A stretch of 64,000 nucleotides of DNA from Chrysomallon squamiferum (lineage: Eukaryota; Animalia; Mollusca): the NCBI GenBank assembly GCA_012295275.1, contig CM022670.1, positions 27,218,001-27,282,000 of the forward strand, given 5' to 3'. Below, piece by piece: positions 1 to 13,401 of the stretch. Position 1 is the stretch's first letter. Every line of letters starts with the position of its first letter. A model generated the notes under the pieces. That model ran no database searches. It was not told the origin of the DNA and worked only from the letters and a program-made list of their open reading frames with translations. Position numbers and translations under genes: made by a program.

Positions 1-512
1 AAAATGACTAGATCATTTCTTGAACTGGTAATATCTGATTATGAAATAACACAGAATAAAATATATCACAATAACATAAATAAAGAAATTAATTAATTCG
101 TTAAAGATAATTATGACGTAATAGGCAAATAGACAATAAATATAAAAATAATAGCAGACAGATAAAGATTAATAATAATTTAAAAATTAAAAATAAGAAC
201 ATGAAGAAACTAAGTTTAACTTTCCCATTAAAGAAGTCATTAATAATACAAACACATTTACAATCCAGATCATATTTGTCATTGTCTATAAAAAACAAAG
301 ACGGAGTAATTAAATAACTTGGTATAGTATTATGCTTTCTTGTTTGCGTGAAAATACTAACGTATCTTTACTCTAACATTTATTAATTTTGTCTTAGGCA
401 CAAACACAGTACAGTCGTAAATATATATGTATATATATATATTTTTTATTTTTTATTTTTATTTTAGGTCTATTTCAAACAGACATTTTACAACAGTTGT
501 ATTTTATTTCAG

Positions 513-745
513 GGCGATTTTAACGTCATCACAGTAGACTGGAAACGAGGTGCCAGTGATTTCTTTTATCCAGAAAGTGCGGCTAATACAAGAGTGGTCG
601 GAGCTGTAGTCTCCAAGCTGGTGCAACTGCTACGCGACGAACTCCACGTGTCCATGGAAAACGTCCATCTAGTCGGGCACAGTCTCGGAGCCCACATCTG
701 CGGATACATCGGTCACAGAATACCCGGCATTGGACGAATAACAGG

Positions 746-799
<54 letters not shown>

Positions 800-1598
800 C
801 ATCATCATCATCATCATCATCATATTTATTTATTTATGTTTATATGAAGGATACTCAATTACGTTTTCACTTATTACTCAGTATTTTCATCATTATCGTC
901 ATCAACACTTAATATTATTACTGGGGTTTTTAGTGTCAGTGTTCGTATACAAATGATGCTCTGTTTTTAAACATTATTATTTTTCTGCTTATCGTTGTTT
1001 CATTAGTTAAATCAACAAGAAAAACAGAAAATACAGTAGAATAATTTATACCTAGCGTATATGGGCTTGGGACATCTTGGGACGCCAAGACAAGCGGACT
1101 GGTATTTACTGTGTGTAAATGGTTTATAATGTACAGGTCTAGATCCAGCCGGACCACTCTTTAACAAGGCAGACGCGATAGCACGACTGGATCCGTCGGA
1201 CGCCATTTTTGTTGACAACATACACACGGACGCCGAGCCATTTTACGATGCAGGTTAGTATTTCTGAATAAAGAAAAAAGAAAGCCATGCACCCAAGTAC
1301 AAACTCAGATACACGCGCGCCCTCACGCACGCACGCACACACACACAGACACACACAGAACCAATATTTAAACGCAAACGTTTTATAATAATGATAAACC
1401 TATTTTTTTTTTTTTTTTTTTTAAATTAAGTTAGGTTGAAAGGTTAAAACAAAATCATAGTATGTATTATCATGTCGTCAGATGATTTGTTTGAAAGGAC
1501 ACAGTGCTACCGAATTGCATAAGAAGTGTCAAGGGAAACATAAATTCAACAGTGGGCATTTGTTGTCCAGGTTATTTTTCTGTTATGCAGCGTGGCTG

Positions 1599-1630
<32 letters not shown>

Positions 1631-2587
1631 TTATTATTATTTTATATATATATAATATTCAAAATATTTTTTAATAAAATAATTAAATATAATAGTAATA
1701 ATAACAACCTCAATAACAACAATGTAAAATATAACAAACATTGTTAATAACAGACAATAGTAATAGTAATTAATAGTAGTTGCAGCAACAGTAATCTTAG
1801 CAGCAGCAGTAGTAGTAGTAACAGTGACAACAATAATACTAACTGAATACTACTATCACAACTGATACTTAGACTATTTTTTCGTGTTCTTTATTCTGTA
1901 AAGGTTTAGGGACGCTGTCTGCCTGGGGACACATAGACTTCTACCCTAATGGGGGCAAACACCAGCTCGGATGTCCGAAGGCGGTCACTCATGGCTTAAA
2001 AGACCTCATTTTCTTTCATTTCTCGGGTCAGTGATCTTATTTCACCAAGCAAACAACAAACAGTCAGAAGTCTGTCAAGGTTATAAAACACAAAATAATA
2101 TATGTTGTATACAAACAGGATAGTTTCGATACAGAAAAAGTACGTAAAGGAAGGATAAGAAAGAAAGAGAGGTTATGGACAGACACTGATATATAAACAC
2201 ATACATACATACATACATACATACACATATATAGAGAGAGAGAGAAGGTCTTTTATTGTATTATTAAAACCTTTTTTTTTTTTTAAAACCTTTGTATATT
2301 TTTGTATTCTTGTTCACTTTTATTAATGTTTATATATAAATTATATGTAAATAAGGGAAGACAAAAACTGGCTACAAATAAATTTTATTTCTTGCCTAAC
2401 TACAGGAAATTAAGTTACACGTATGTGATTTACATTAATTCGTACATCCTTTTTCTTTCTTTCTTTTTTAAATACTTCAAGTTTAACATACATATAAGTT
2501 TTAATATTTCCACCTACGCTATTGTATAAGTAATAAACTCAATTGTATAAGTAAAAAAAAAAAAAAAAAAAATGAGAAAAAGAAAAG

Positions 2588-2646
<59 letters not shown>

Positions 2647-2737
2647 TAAAATATAAATTAAAAAAAAGAAGAAATAATTAAAACAAAATGAAATAAAATA
2701 AAATAATATATAAATTCAAATGAAATAAAATAAAAAA

Positions 2738-2784
<47 letters not shown>

Positions 2785-3734
2785 AATAATTTTAACTATC
2801 GTATACTCTTTTCTGCTTTATACAAATAATTACAACATAGCAGATTTAATTTCAATCACCTGTCAGCAAGCACACTTCCAGGATGTCACTTTTGATGTGG
2901 GTTTAGAGGTAGGATCGTCTACTATTATACTGGCTGGATCTCGTGTTATTATATCAATAAAACTTTGAAAATTCAAATGATTGTATTTTTAAAACATTCT
3001 CGGACAACTGTGTTTTTGTGATGATCATTGTTTTTTAATATATATTATTACTGAGCATCTTATCTTCAAGGATTTCTTTTCCTATTTCAGAAATTACGGA
3101 AGACGTCATCTGCAGTCACACTCGTTCACACGACTACTTCACCGAATCTCTAACCCAAGGCGACTGCCAGTTTGTTTCTTACCCGTGTTCGTCCTATTCT
3201 GACTTCACTTCCGGTAAATGTACTTCCTGCGGATCATCGCCATGTCCGATTATGGGCTATTTTGCAGACAAGTACAAGAGAACTGGAAAATTCTACCTTA
3301 ACACGAATAAACAGTCACCATTTTGCAGTAAGCAGAACATCAGTTAGCAAAAAAGTTTCAGTTTTCAGTCTAATTAGTTAATGTTATATCAGTGTTATAT
3401 TAGCATTGAACATGGTGAGTTATTGTTAAAAAAAAATAAAAAAATAAAATGCAGTTGCAAGTTTTCCTACATTCCTATAAATTGTATTGTGATAACATTA
3501 TGGTGTGTGTATGTGTGTGTGTTTGTGTATGTGTGTGTCTGTGTGTGTGCATGCAATAAGGTACGAACGGTAGGCACGAGAGTTTTTTTGCACTTAAGCC
3601 AGTGCATCCAACTAAAATATACATTGTTAATAATAGTTTCCAACAGTGACAGGTCAAATTCAGTCAGTAGTATAAATTAAAATATTTTTGTTTAAATTTA
3701 TTTTTCAGTCAAAGAAGAAAGTAATCATTCGTAG
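513..3734 (+). CDS. Pancreatic lipase-related protein (lipase A), 3' part; catalytic domain only, no PLAT domain; 5' exons lie before the window
   Basis: Exons 513-744 ([28 protein letters not shown]), 1137-1253 ([23 protein letters not shown]), 1904-2026 ([16 protein letters not shown]), 3091-3327 ([26 protein letters not shown]), 3709-3734 (IKEESNHS*). Phases join in frame and the Ser-Asp-His triad motifs are intact. The first donor reads GC. Confidence 0.9.
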
Positions 3735-4589
3735 GGTAAACATCGTCAGACATGGGAACGACTTCATCCTCCAGTTCATGAAATTTTGTTAATAAAGAAA
3801 AGACGTTTTGTCGTTTTGACTTATTTTCACAGTTTTTGTTATGTTTAATGTCACTTAGTTGTTGTTAAGTGACTTTTTTCAAGACACAGTATACGCAACA
3901 GTCACCAACAAATGTATAACAGTAAAGGAAAATTCAAGAGAATCAAGTAAATTTAAAGAATAAATAAATAAATACGAAAAATAAAGCATTACCAAAAGAC
4001 AGTAAACTAAGAAGAAAAAGAAAATTAAAGAATCAAAAAATCTAAAAATAAATAATTAACGGACATCATTATACACACAAAAAAAATAAAATAAAACACA
4101 TTAAAAATAACAAGAAACGCCAGCAGTAAAGTTATAAAGTCAAACACAAAAAAAGTATTAATTTGAAAATTTTATTATTCATTAAGCAAACGTCAAATTT
4201 AACCCATTATTGAAAATGGTTTTTCAGACGTATGATTACAAGTAACAATTCTAACAGTGACATACAAAACAACATAGACATTGTTAATCAATAACTTTCT
4301 TTTTTTTGGTTGACTGTTTTGGCTTAAAAGAAATAAAAATAAAGCTAATTGTTCTATACAAATTTTGAGTATTATTTATGATCGAGTAGAAATGTCACTA
4401 ACATAATATATTTGTTTATTTAATTAGTAATTATTTATTATAATATGTTTGTGTTTCATGTATTCAAAAAAAACATAACTAAAACGGAATGTTTAGTTTT
4501 TCACTGTATTCACAAACGGCTTAGTTCACTCTTTGTAAAAGGATGGTTCCATCAGTGATAACTTTAAACAGTAAGGATAATTTTGCTTC

Positions 4590-4647
<58 letters not shown>

Positions 4648-4880
4648 TAAAGAAAGAGAGAGAGAGTCAGAAAGAAATAAAATGAAGAGATTTATCCCTA
4701 GATATTTTAAATAATTATAATCAATTTTCCCATCCCCGTTATTATTTGCAGAACCGCCCTGTCTGGTAACAGGTAAAACGTTTTGACTGCAACAAGACAA
4801 CGTCGTCGAAGTTGAGCGGGTTTACGAGCTGAAGTTTCTAGTTTTGACGAATGGTTTTACGGAAGGTGATGGTTTTGACG

Positions 4881-6448
4881 TTACTTGCATGAGCAGGAGT
4901 TGTCGCACTTGCACGACTCAGCGGTTGAACACCCAGCGCCGCATTCACATTTATCTACAACAACAAACAAGAGGGTATACATAGTTACTGCTTCAGTAAT
5001 CCGTTAAAACACATGGTAGCCGACATATTTATAATTTACCGTAACAGGGGTCGAAACTAGCAAACCATTAACAGGGCATAAATTAACGTGTTGTGCACGA
5101 CAGAGGTTAAATTAACTAAGGTTCCAGGCTGAGTTTATTAAGAAATTTGTTGACGTGTTTTCATATATATTTTAATATATTTTTTTTAATAAACTGAACG
5201 ATAATCTCCAACATTATTTTTTGGAAACTGGTCTGAGGACAAAAATCAGTTATATTAAAAAATTGAAACTGAAAACCCAAGTTTCATCTTTATACATTTC
5301 TTTGATTTCTGTAACGTTATACCTTTAATGAAACGTTTTACTGTTTTCTTAATGCAGTTATTGTTGTTGTTGTTATTATTATTATTATTGTCATCATAAT
5401 CATCATTATCAAAACATTTAAATGTCAAAGAAAAGCGATTTTGTTAAGGTAACAGAATCACATAACTGGACAGGTAATTATCACTTACCTGTACATTTGC
5501 AGACTTTCTTGCAGATAGGACACTTACATCCTGGTCCACATTTACAGTCATCTCCACAAGCACAGGATTTTTCCAGACATTCCTTCGTACAGTCTGAAAG
5601 TAGACAACACAGTAAATTAAATTTATACTGGAATATTTTCGTGGACACCAAACTTTACTACTCACAAAGTATTATTTTTAGGTATCCTCGAAATCACAAA
5701 TGTTGATGACATTCAGTTAATGCAGAAACTTCGTCTGTTTGGAAAGTTTATAACATTTTCGGTGATGTAACTATTTTTAGCAATGCAAATAAATAATAAA
5801 CTATCGCATAAAGTGTACATGCACTACATACATAACATGATGTTATATAACGAATGGGAGACAATCCTAGACAACCACTGATTTCATTTCAGCTCTAAGT
5901 TTTTCCATTTACCGTTTCTGTTAAAAAAAACATCGCGGCGTTTGTTTTACTGTCATGTAACACTTATTCACGAAATATGCCTGGCATATAACAATTAACA
6001 ATATCGTTAAGATTATAGGTCCTTACTCTACGTCTCAGTCCCATGTCAATAAATCATTCGACGATTTGTCGACCAGCGAAAACATCCTTTTATTTCTCAT
6101 TACAGCCATAAGAAATTCACAAATAACAGTTTTAGAAATATGTTAATTAAACGTGATGTTAATTAATTATTATTATTATTTATTTATTACACATTTTTAT
6201 TTATAAATTTTGAAGAAAATCAAGTAACTAAGTAAACAGGGTACCTGTTTTACACGAGCAGTCGTCCTTGCACGCGCATTCGCCGGTATCAGTGCAGCCT
6301 TGGCCACATTTACAAGCATCTAAACAGAAATTAATAAAACGAAAGGTTATTTAGAAATTCAGTTATTCCAAAATAAATCTGAGCTATTCATTTACATTTC
6401 TATTATTCAGTAAATGCATTCTTAAATTTTTAAATGTACTTTAATAAT

Positions 6449-6502
<54 letters not shown>

Positions 6503-9096
6503 ATAATGATAATAATAATAATAATAATAAACAGTAATAATGAAACCAAAAATAAACTGAATTGATAAACAATTTTAATAAAACCAGATAAATAAAGTTA
6601 TTTTCTGGGTGGTGGGAAGGGGCGGGATGGGTTTCTTTTTTTTTAAATTTTTTTTAAATTGTATTTGTTTACATACCTCCGCATTTGCAGTTTTTGACGT
6701 CTTTTTTGCATTTCGGACAAACGCATGTCGGTCCGCATCCGCACGTTTCTCCGCATTTGCAAGGATCAGCCTTACATTCAGCAGTACATCCTAAAATTGT
6801 AATTAAAAAGAAGATAAAAGTCACCGTGAAATATTTAAATGCATGAATTTACTTCTTTTAGTAAAGCAGAACGATCACCACATCCTAAAAAACGAATGAA
6901 CCTAAAAACATAATTATCAAGAAAATAGAGAAAGAATCCATTAATATTATGAAGCTAGAGGAGTCGAGTTAACGATGGATTACAGGAATTTTCATCATGC
7001 CAGAATAAAAGAAAATAATGGGAAAAGAAAAAAGCATAAAGTAAAAAAAAAAAAAAAAATACAAATCTAAAAAGGACAGAGAGAGAAATAAAAATAAAAA
7101 TACAATTTTTAAAAACCCAAAGAAATCTTTCAAAACACGGTAACAGGATTAACTTAACAAATTCGGAGAAACCAGAACAGCAGCAGCAACAACAACAACA
7201 ACATAATGATAGTGATGATGATAATAACAATAACAATAATAATAATAATAATAAGTAAATCCAACAGTATCAGCCAGCAAAAAGTCGATCTCCCCCCACC
7301 CCACCGGATATAAACTTTAAATTATTTACAAACGTGGGGATGATGTGACATTTATTTATGTATTTCCCACAGAACGAAAAAAAAACACCTAAATATTTTC
7401 TCCCAGACGTGATCAGAATTTAATTCAGTACATAAATATCAGTGAAGGAGTGATCACATCAAATAAACAGGAAAATACAATTCATTAAACTGATGAAACA
7501 CGTTTCCTCAAATCAAAGAAATGTGGTAACCGGAACAAAACTTTTTTTTTTTTCTGTTTTGTGCTTGTGATTATTAGTAAAATCATATAACAACAACAAC
7601 AACAAAAACAACAAAAATAATAAATAAAGTACAGTAAATAAAATAATGAAAAGAGGTTATTAGAATTTCACTGAAACGTAATAATGATTTATTGGCTCAT
7701 TAAATAACTACTTTTCTCTTCATGAGCATGCTGATGAATACAAATTTAAGCTTTCTACACATAAATTAATACCGTTGAATCATTTATTTTATTTAGTAAG
7801 CCATCCTGTTTAAAATTAGAGAATAAATTAATTATAAAACATACAGTGAAACTGGGTTGTTATTTTTATTACTGTAGTATATCGTGATAACTGCCAGGCT
7901 GGCATGTATTAAACATGTTAACGCTGACGTGTCGCTAGATAACTCTCCATTCTTGTTGTTCTGTCAGTCTGTATGTGTGTCAGGCTGATATGTGTTATCG
8001 GAAAACAATTTCAGTTTCTCATTTCGTTTGACATATAATCCAAGCCTTGACACGTGGACTAGAACCTTCATTATGAATGTAATGGAATAATAATAATAAT
8101 AATAATCATTTATCATACACGATTTTCTAAACAGGCCGCTATTATATTCACATTTTTATTTTGATATATAGATTTGCAGCCTTATATGAATAAATGAATA
8201 AAGTTAACGATGACGGTTAATTTTTTTTTTTTTTTTTTAATTTTCAAAAGAATATATATATAAAAAAAACCCTGACCATTGCTTTAATGACAATAATATA
8301 TCAGAATTTAAATACATTATCTACTATGTAATGATCAAGCAAATGACTGAAAGCACAACATTTTTAACTTTCACGAATCAGAACATTACTCCTACCACAA
8401 ATGACTGGCCGCTCATCATACTGTTCCTTCAGCTCAGCTCTGAACACAATGCTTTTTTTAAATTTAATTTTTTGTTTATATTTTTGGATTTTGATACATA
8501 AAAATAAAACAGTAGGAAATGAATCTCCACTGAGAGAATAGAGAAGAATATATATATTTGTTTAAAGACAGGAAAAGGCCAACGCTAATAAGTATAGCAA
8601 ATTAACTAGAAAGATTAAGTTCCCAATTTCTTCTCTCCATATTCCTAAATTTTGTCGTACTCAAACTATTGCCTTTTTATTTCTTGTTATATGCAGTGTA
8701 AGCTAAAAATGTTATTATTTTATTTTAATTTAGTTATTTTTTATTTTTTTAATGACACACAGAACATCACAGAACAATATTAAATTGTATCAACAGCAGT
8801 GATTGTTGTTTCAGTTCAGGCCATGTAAACCGGGTAATCTTGCAGTTGTTACAAATATCGATCAACACACGCTAGAAATAACAATACTAGAATTTCAACA
8901 ATGCATAATACCGATTTAGCATGACGTCAATTTAATCCTCTTCTTTATTTGTCAAACTATATGAATTAATGAATATTCTAACAACAATAACCCAGAGAAG
9001 ACCGTGGTCTGCTATATTTTGTTATAATAACACTGAGTTTTAGAAGCTAACAAAAATGAATGTGTACGGTACAGATGCACATGAAAACGATTTATG

Positions 9097-9127
<31 letters not shown>

Positions 9128-10269
9128 AGAAATTTTATTATTATTATTATTTGCATATTAATGTTTCAGAATCTTAAACAAAATCTTACATGCTGTACAA
9201 CAGATGACATACACATCCAGAACCACCACCGCTAGGGAAATCTGCCAGTAAAGCTACTTTTCTTTTCGGAAAACATTTACCATAGCCGATGTTAGCGTGC
9301 GAGCGTTTGGCATTATGTCCACTATAATACGTTTTTAACACAGAACTAACTATCGCTATGTGAGGAACTAACTGAAACTACAAAGCTGTGAAACCAAACC
9401 TGTCCTGTGTTAGAACACTGATCGTTTCTCCTACTTGTCTTATTTATATCGCAAACAGAAGATTAATAATAAGAATAATGACAACAACAACAACAACAAC
9501 AATAATAATGATAACAATAACAATAACAGTAACAACAACAATAAATAAATAAAATTTAGTAACAAAAGGATATTTTCTGGTATATTAAGTACTGAACATT
9601 CAAAATACTGTTTATAATAACTGATAACATTATAATGTTACTAACGGTTTCTACACTGTATTAACTTTTCATTTTTTCGATTTTTTGGAATGAAAATTTC
9701 ATAAACATTGGCCATAAAAACATATAGTCATTGCCACCAGTTTCTTTTTTCTTCTTTGTTATTATTTACTATTGACTTGTTTCTGTCCACTTATTTCTTT
9801 TTGTTCCTCCTCAAACTCATTTATCTTTTTGTCACAAAGTATCAAAGTGTTTTATGTGTGACCTTTGACCTGTTATCTGCGACTATAATTCATATGACAC
9901 ACTCGTGACAAGTTATCTACGCAGCATATGTAGAAACATGATACGTAGATATCAGAATTACATTTCCTTTCATTCATGTACATACAAAAATATTCATTAC
10001 ACATTTTGTGTACGGTGGACAGAGAGAGAGATTCGAAATTAAAATGGTTTATGATAAAATGTTACTTCACCTGTTACATCTTATTGTTAACTATTGTTCT
10101 GAAAGATAAATTAACTTTCAGAGCATATATATATATATATATATATAATAATGAAACGTCAGTTTGTGTGTGGGTGTGTTTGTGTACTTTGTGTATTATT
10201 TTGCGTATTATATTAACAATAACAAATTAGTATAAATAAACAAGTAAAATAAATCAATACAGATATATA

Positions 10270-10302
<33 letters not shown>

Positions 10303-11923
10303 AAATAATAACTTTCTGCATTTCAAAAACAAAATAACAGTGACAGCTGCCATTTAAATCGTTTATTTTTATTTCACAGCGATATCGTTTTGTAGGACAG
10401 ATCAATGGAATCAAAGTGGAGGGAAAGAGAGAGAACGAGATATGTAAACAGGAATATTTAGAAACATGAAGACAACATAAGAAACCTCTTGCCCCTGTTC
10501 GTGTTATACCGTTTTAACTGCATAATACGCAGTGTATTATACACAGAACAATGACTAACTGCAAAAAAGTACCCAGTACTGCGGAATGTGAGACAATGAC
10601 GTGTTGAATCCTTGACCCGAAGAAACCGCCAAGGTTGTTGTGATATTGAAATAATGAATTCATTCGCTGATCGACCTTGCTGAAGTACAAATGTATAAGT
10701 AATAACAAACCGACGACTCTCTGTTGTTTCTCAGTTTTAGAACAATCCACGATATATCGAGCTATGTAAATCCTAGTTAAAACATTTCACGTTTGTGTGT
10801 GCTTTTTACGTAACTTAATTATTGATCGTTTAACTGGAAGCAAGAATCTACAGTAGGTAAAGGTGAATGGGTACTCTCCTAAGCAGGTTTCTGTTTACAA
10901 CGCATACACAAACGAACAAGCAAAATAATGACATATATATACAACATAAGACAATATATTAATAAACACAACTGTATTTTAACACATCTGCGCGCGGGCG
11001 CACGCGGCAAGCCATGCACAAACCTTTGTAATATTTCACAAAATTGTACTGCTTTGTTTGAAATCTGTTATGTCGAGAATGACAAAAACACAGGAGCAAG
11101 AGGAAATGAAAGGAGTCGCTTTTGAAATCAAATTAGACTCCTAATTCTGGTTGTAAAACAAATATATTAGCTTTTCTAAGAAGGAAGTAAGATAAAAGCC
11201 AATACCTAGATTTTAAAAAATCCCTGAAATTTCCTGAATTCCAGAGATAATTTATGGCTTACTTAATCCAAGATTATCCTTTTAAAATATAAAACAACAC
11301 GAATCAATTCTTAGCACATGTTGAAAATCCTTAGATGTAGTGTAAAATAAATATTATATTACACATATTATATGTATGTGTTTGTATGTATTTTTGTATG
11401 TATGTATGTACACACACACACATACACACGTGATTTATTTTTGGGACAGGAAGAAAAACAAATTATGTACGAGTATGTAAGTACCTATATACTCGAAACG
11501 TATGCATGTATGCATACCGATATATATGTATTTATAATTTTATGTGTTCATATTGGTGGTTCAACATTCTTTGACATGCATAATTAAAAACGAATAATAA
11601 TAATAATAATAACAATAACAATAATAATTAACAACAACATTAACAACAGCAAATAATAATAACAAAAAGAAAAACTATGTCTTTATATAAATAATAGTAT
11701 TAATACATTTACAGAACCTTGTACTTGTAATATGTGGCATTTTCCTCCAATATTGAAAGAGATCGTGTTATGAGATATTAACTCGACAGCAGCATGGCTA
11801 AAAGCAAACAGAATTAAATCTTATATCGATACTGCTAACTAATCACCTGTCGTTATATATTCGTCTGTGTCCCAGACTTAAACATCTGTAAAAAGACAAC
11901 TCACCGGATTTAGCGTCTGCCAT
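4881..11923 (-). CDS. MT: Multi-domain metallothionein, 128 aa, 36 Cys (two tandem gastropod-type 18-Cys units)
   Basis: Exons 11923-11905 (MADAKS), 6790-6677, 6319-6245, 5593-5489, 4954-4881, all phase-1 GT-AG introns. Product: MADAKSGCTAECKADPCKCGETCGCGPTCVCPKCKKDVKNCKCGDACKCGQGCTDTGECACKDDCSCKTDCTKECLEKSCACGDDCKCGPGCKCPICKKVCKCTDKCECGAGCSTAESCKCDNSCSCK*. CxC motifs, CSCK terminus and upstream MREs. Confidence 0.93.
9417..9448 (-). promoter_or_regulatory. Candidate TATA + Initiator core promoter inside MT intron 1
   Basis: Minus strand TATAAATA begins at 9448 and TCAGT has its A at 9419, placing TATA at -29. Confidence 0.4.
9859..9878. promoter_or_regulatory. Perfect DR1 nuclear-receptor element (HNF4/COUP-TF/RXR type) with adjacent GATA site
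   Basis: TGACCTTTGACCT at 9859-9871 (reverse complement AGGTCAAAGGTCA), followed by TTATCT (AGATAA). Confidence 0.45.
10989..11003. promoter_or_regulatory. Pair of opposed MRE cores in MT intron 1
   Basis: TGCGCGC on + (10989-10995) and TGCGCCC on -, both matching TGCRCNC, in a small GC patch within AT-rich intron. Confidence 0.3.
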
Positions 11924-11999
11924 CTCTGTTACTTCGTTCGGTTTCTGGCGCGTATCGATCGGCTAAAGGTCAGGGCGAGCTAGTTCGTAAACAGGTCTC

Positions 12000-12057
12000 G
12001 TGTGCAGACGTCAGATTCGTGTGCAAGAGAAGGTTCGTGCGCATTTTCGCTTATTGG
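12000..12057 (-). promoter_or_regulatory. MT promoter: three metal response elements, CRE-like site and CCAAT box
   Basis: TGCRCNC cores on the minus strand at 12000-12006 (TGCACAC), 12019-12025 (TGCACAC) and 12037-12043 (TGCGCAC), 77-120 bp upstream of the ATG. TGACGTC at 12007-12013; CCAAT at about 12053-12057. Confidence 0.85.
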
Positions 12058-12249
12058 TCGAGAAGGAAGTATTTTAAATGTAGAAACCAGGTACGGTTTC
12101 AGAACGTCATAAAAACGGGGGAGTGTATATACAAGTATGCACATACGTATGTGTGTGTGATTGTTTGATTTTGCGTGTGTGGGGGTGTATATATACATTA
12201 TGCGTTTGTATATCTATATATATCTCTATCCATCCATCTATCTATCTAT

Positions 12250-12298
<49 letters not shown>

Positions 12299-12888
12299 AG
12301 AAAAACAAAAACAAAACACAAATAAAATAAAATAAAACGTTGCTCGCTGAATCGGGCCATTCTAACCTTCGCAGTTTAAACTGAAATCTTAAGACAGAAA
12401 CCATAGTAAATATTAGAAAATAGGATTCGATAGATTTTGAATCTGTATTAATTTCAGTTTACCAGGAGGAGACTCTTTCTCCTTAATAGAAATGGAAACA
12501 AATAATTATTATGGATTTTTTAAAGCGTTTTGAATTAACTTTCCTTTCACTAAGAGTTCACGCAGTACACGAAGCAGAAAAATGGGTTCTCTGGGCGAGA
12601 ACTGAACCAGCGACCCAACACATCGGTTTAGAGCATGTATCATCAGAAAGTGAGTCGGCAAGGGAAGCAACTCTCTAAAATATTTGGTGTGGGAACGACA
12701 GCTTACTGTTCCTGTTTCATGAAACATGAAACTATTCAAAGAACAGAAATACATTCCATTTTAATAACTGATAAATATCATAATACAGTTTTCTTTTTCT
12801 TCTTTCTCAGTTGTAATATTGCATATTTTATGATTACTGGATTGTTCGTTAATGAATAGATATAACTTATGTTATGCACTAGCATTAA

Positions 12889-12952
<64 letters not shown>

Positions 12953-13401
12953 GACTATATTAATTAGTATGAGTCATAATAATGAAAATAAAATTAGCCG
13001 AAAGATAAATAATAGAGAACTAAAAAGAATGAACTAAAGAAAGGTTAAACATAGATAAAACAAAAGAAAACGACGAACAAAGAAAATTTGAACCTGATAT
13101 CGACATTTTTTAAATCAATAGCAAAACAGAGGAGAACAACTTATCGAAATTCTGTTATAAAAGAAACCAGCGAGGCGTGAACTAGAGGAGCGGCGACAAA
13201 ACGGCTTTGTTCAGGCAAGTCATTTACGCTTGTCATGTTTATTAAGCGTCTGCGAGTGAAATATCAAGGGACACATTTACTCTCTGGAATTATCGACCCG
13301 TCTCGCAAACTACGCTAACAAAATTCTCAGAGAATGAGATAATTAATTGCATCCTAACAGCAATTCTTCGGCCATCATTCTTTTTCCCGTCTCTCAAGCG
13401 A

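Noticed and set aside
6609-6794. Plus-strand ORFs over 6609-6794 and 5422-5706
   Set aside because: Antisense shadows of metallothionein exons.
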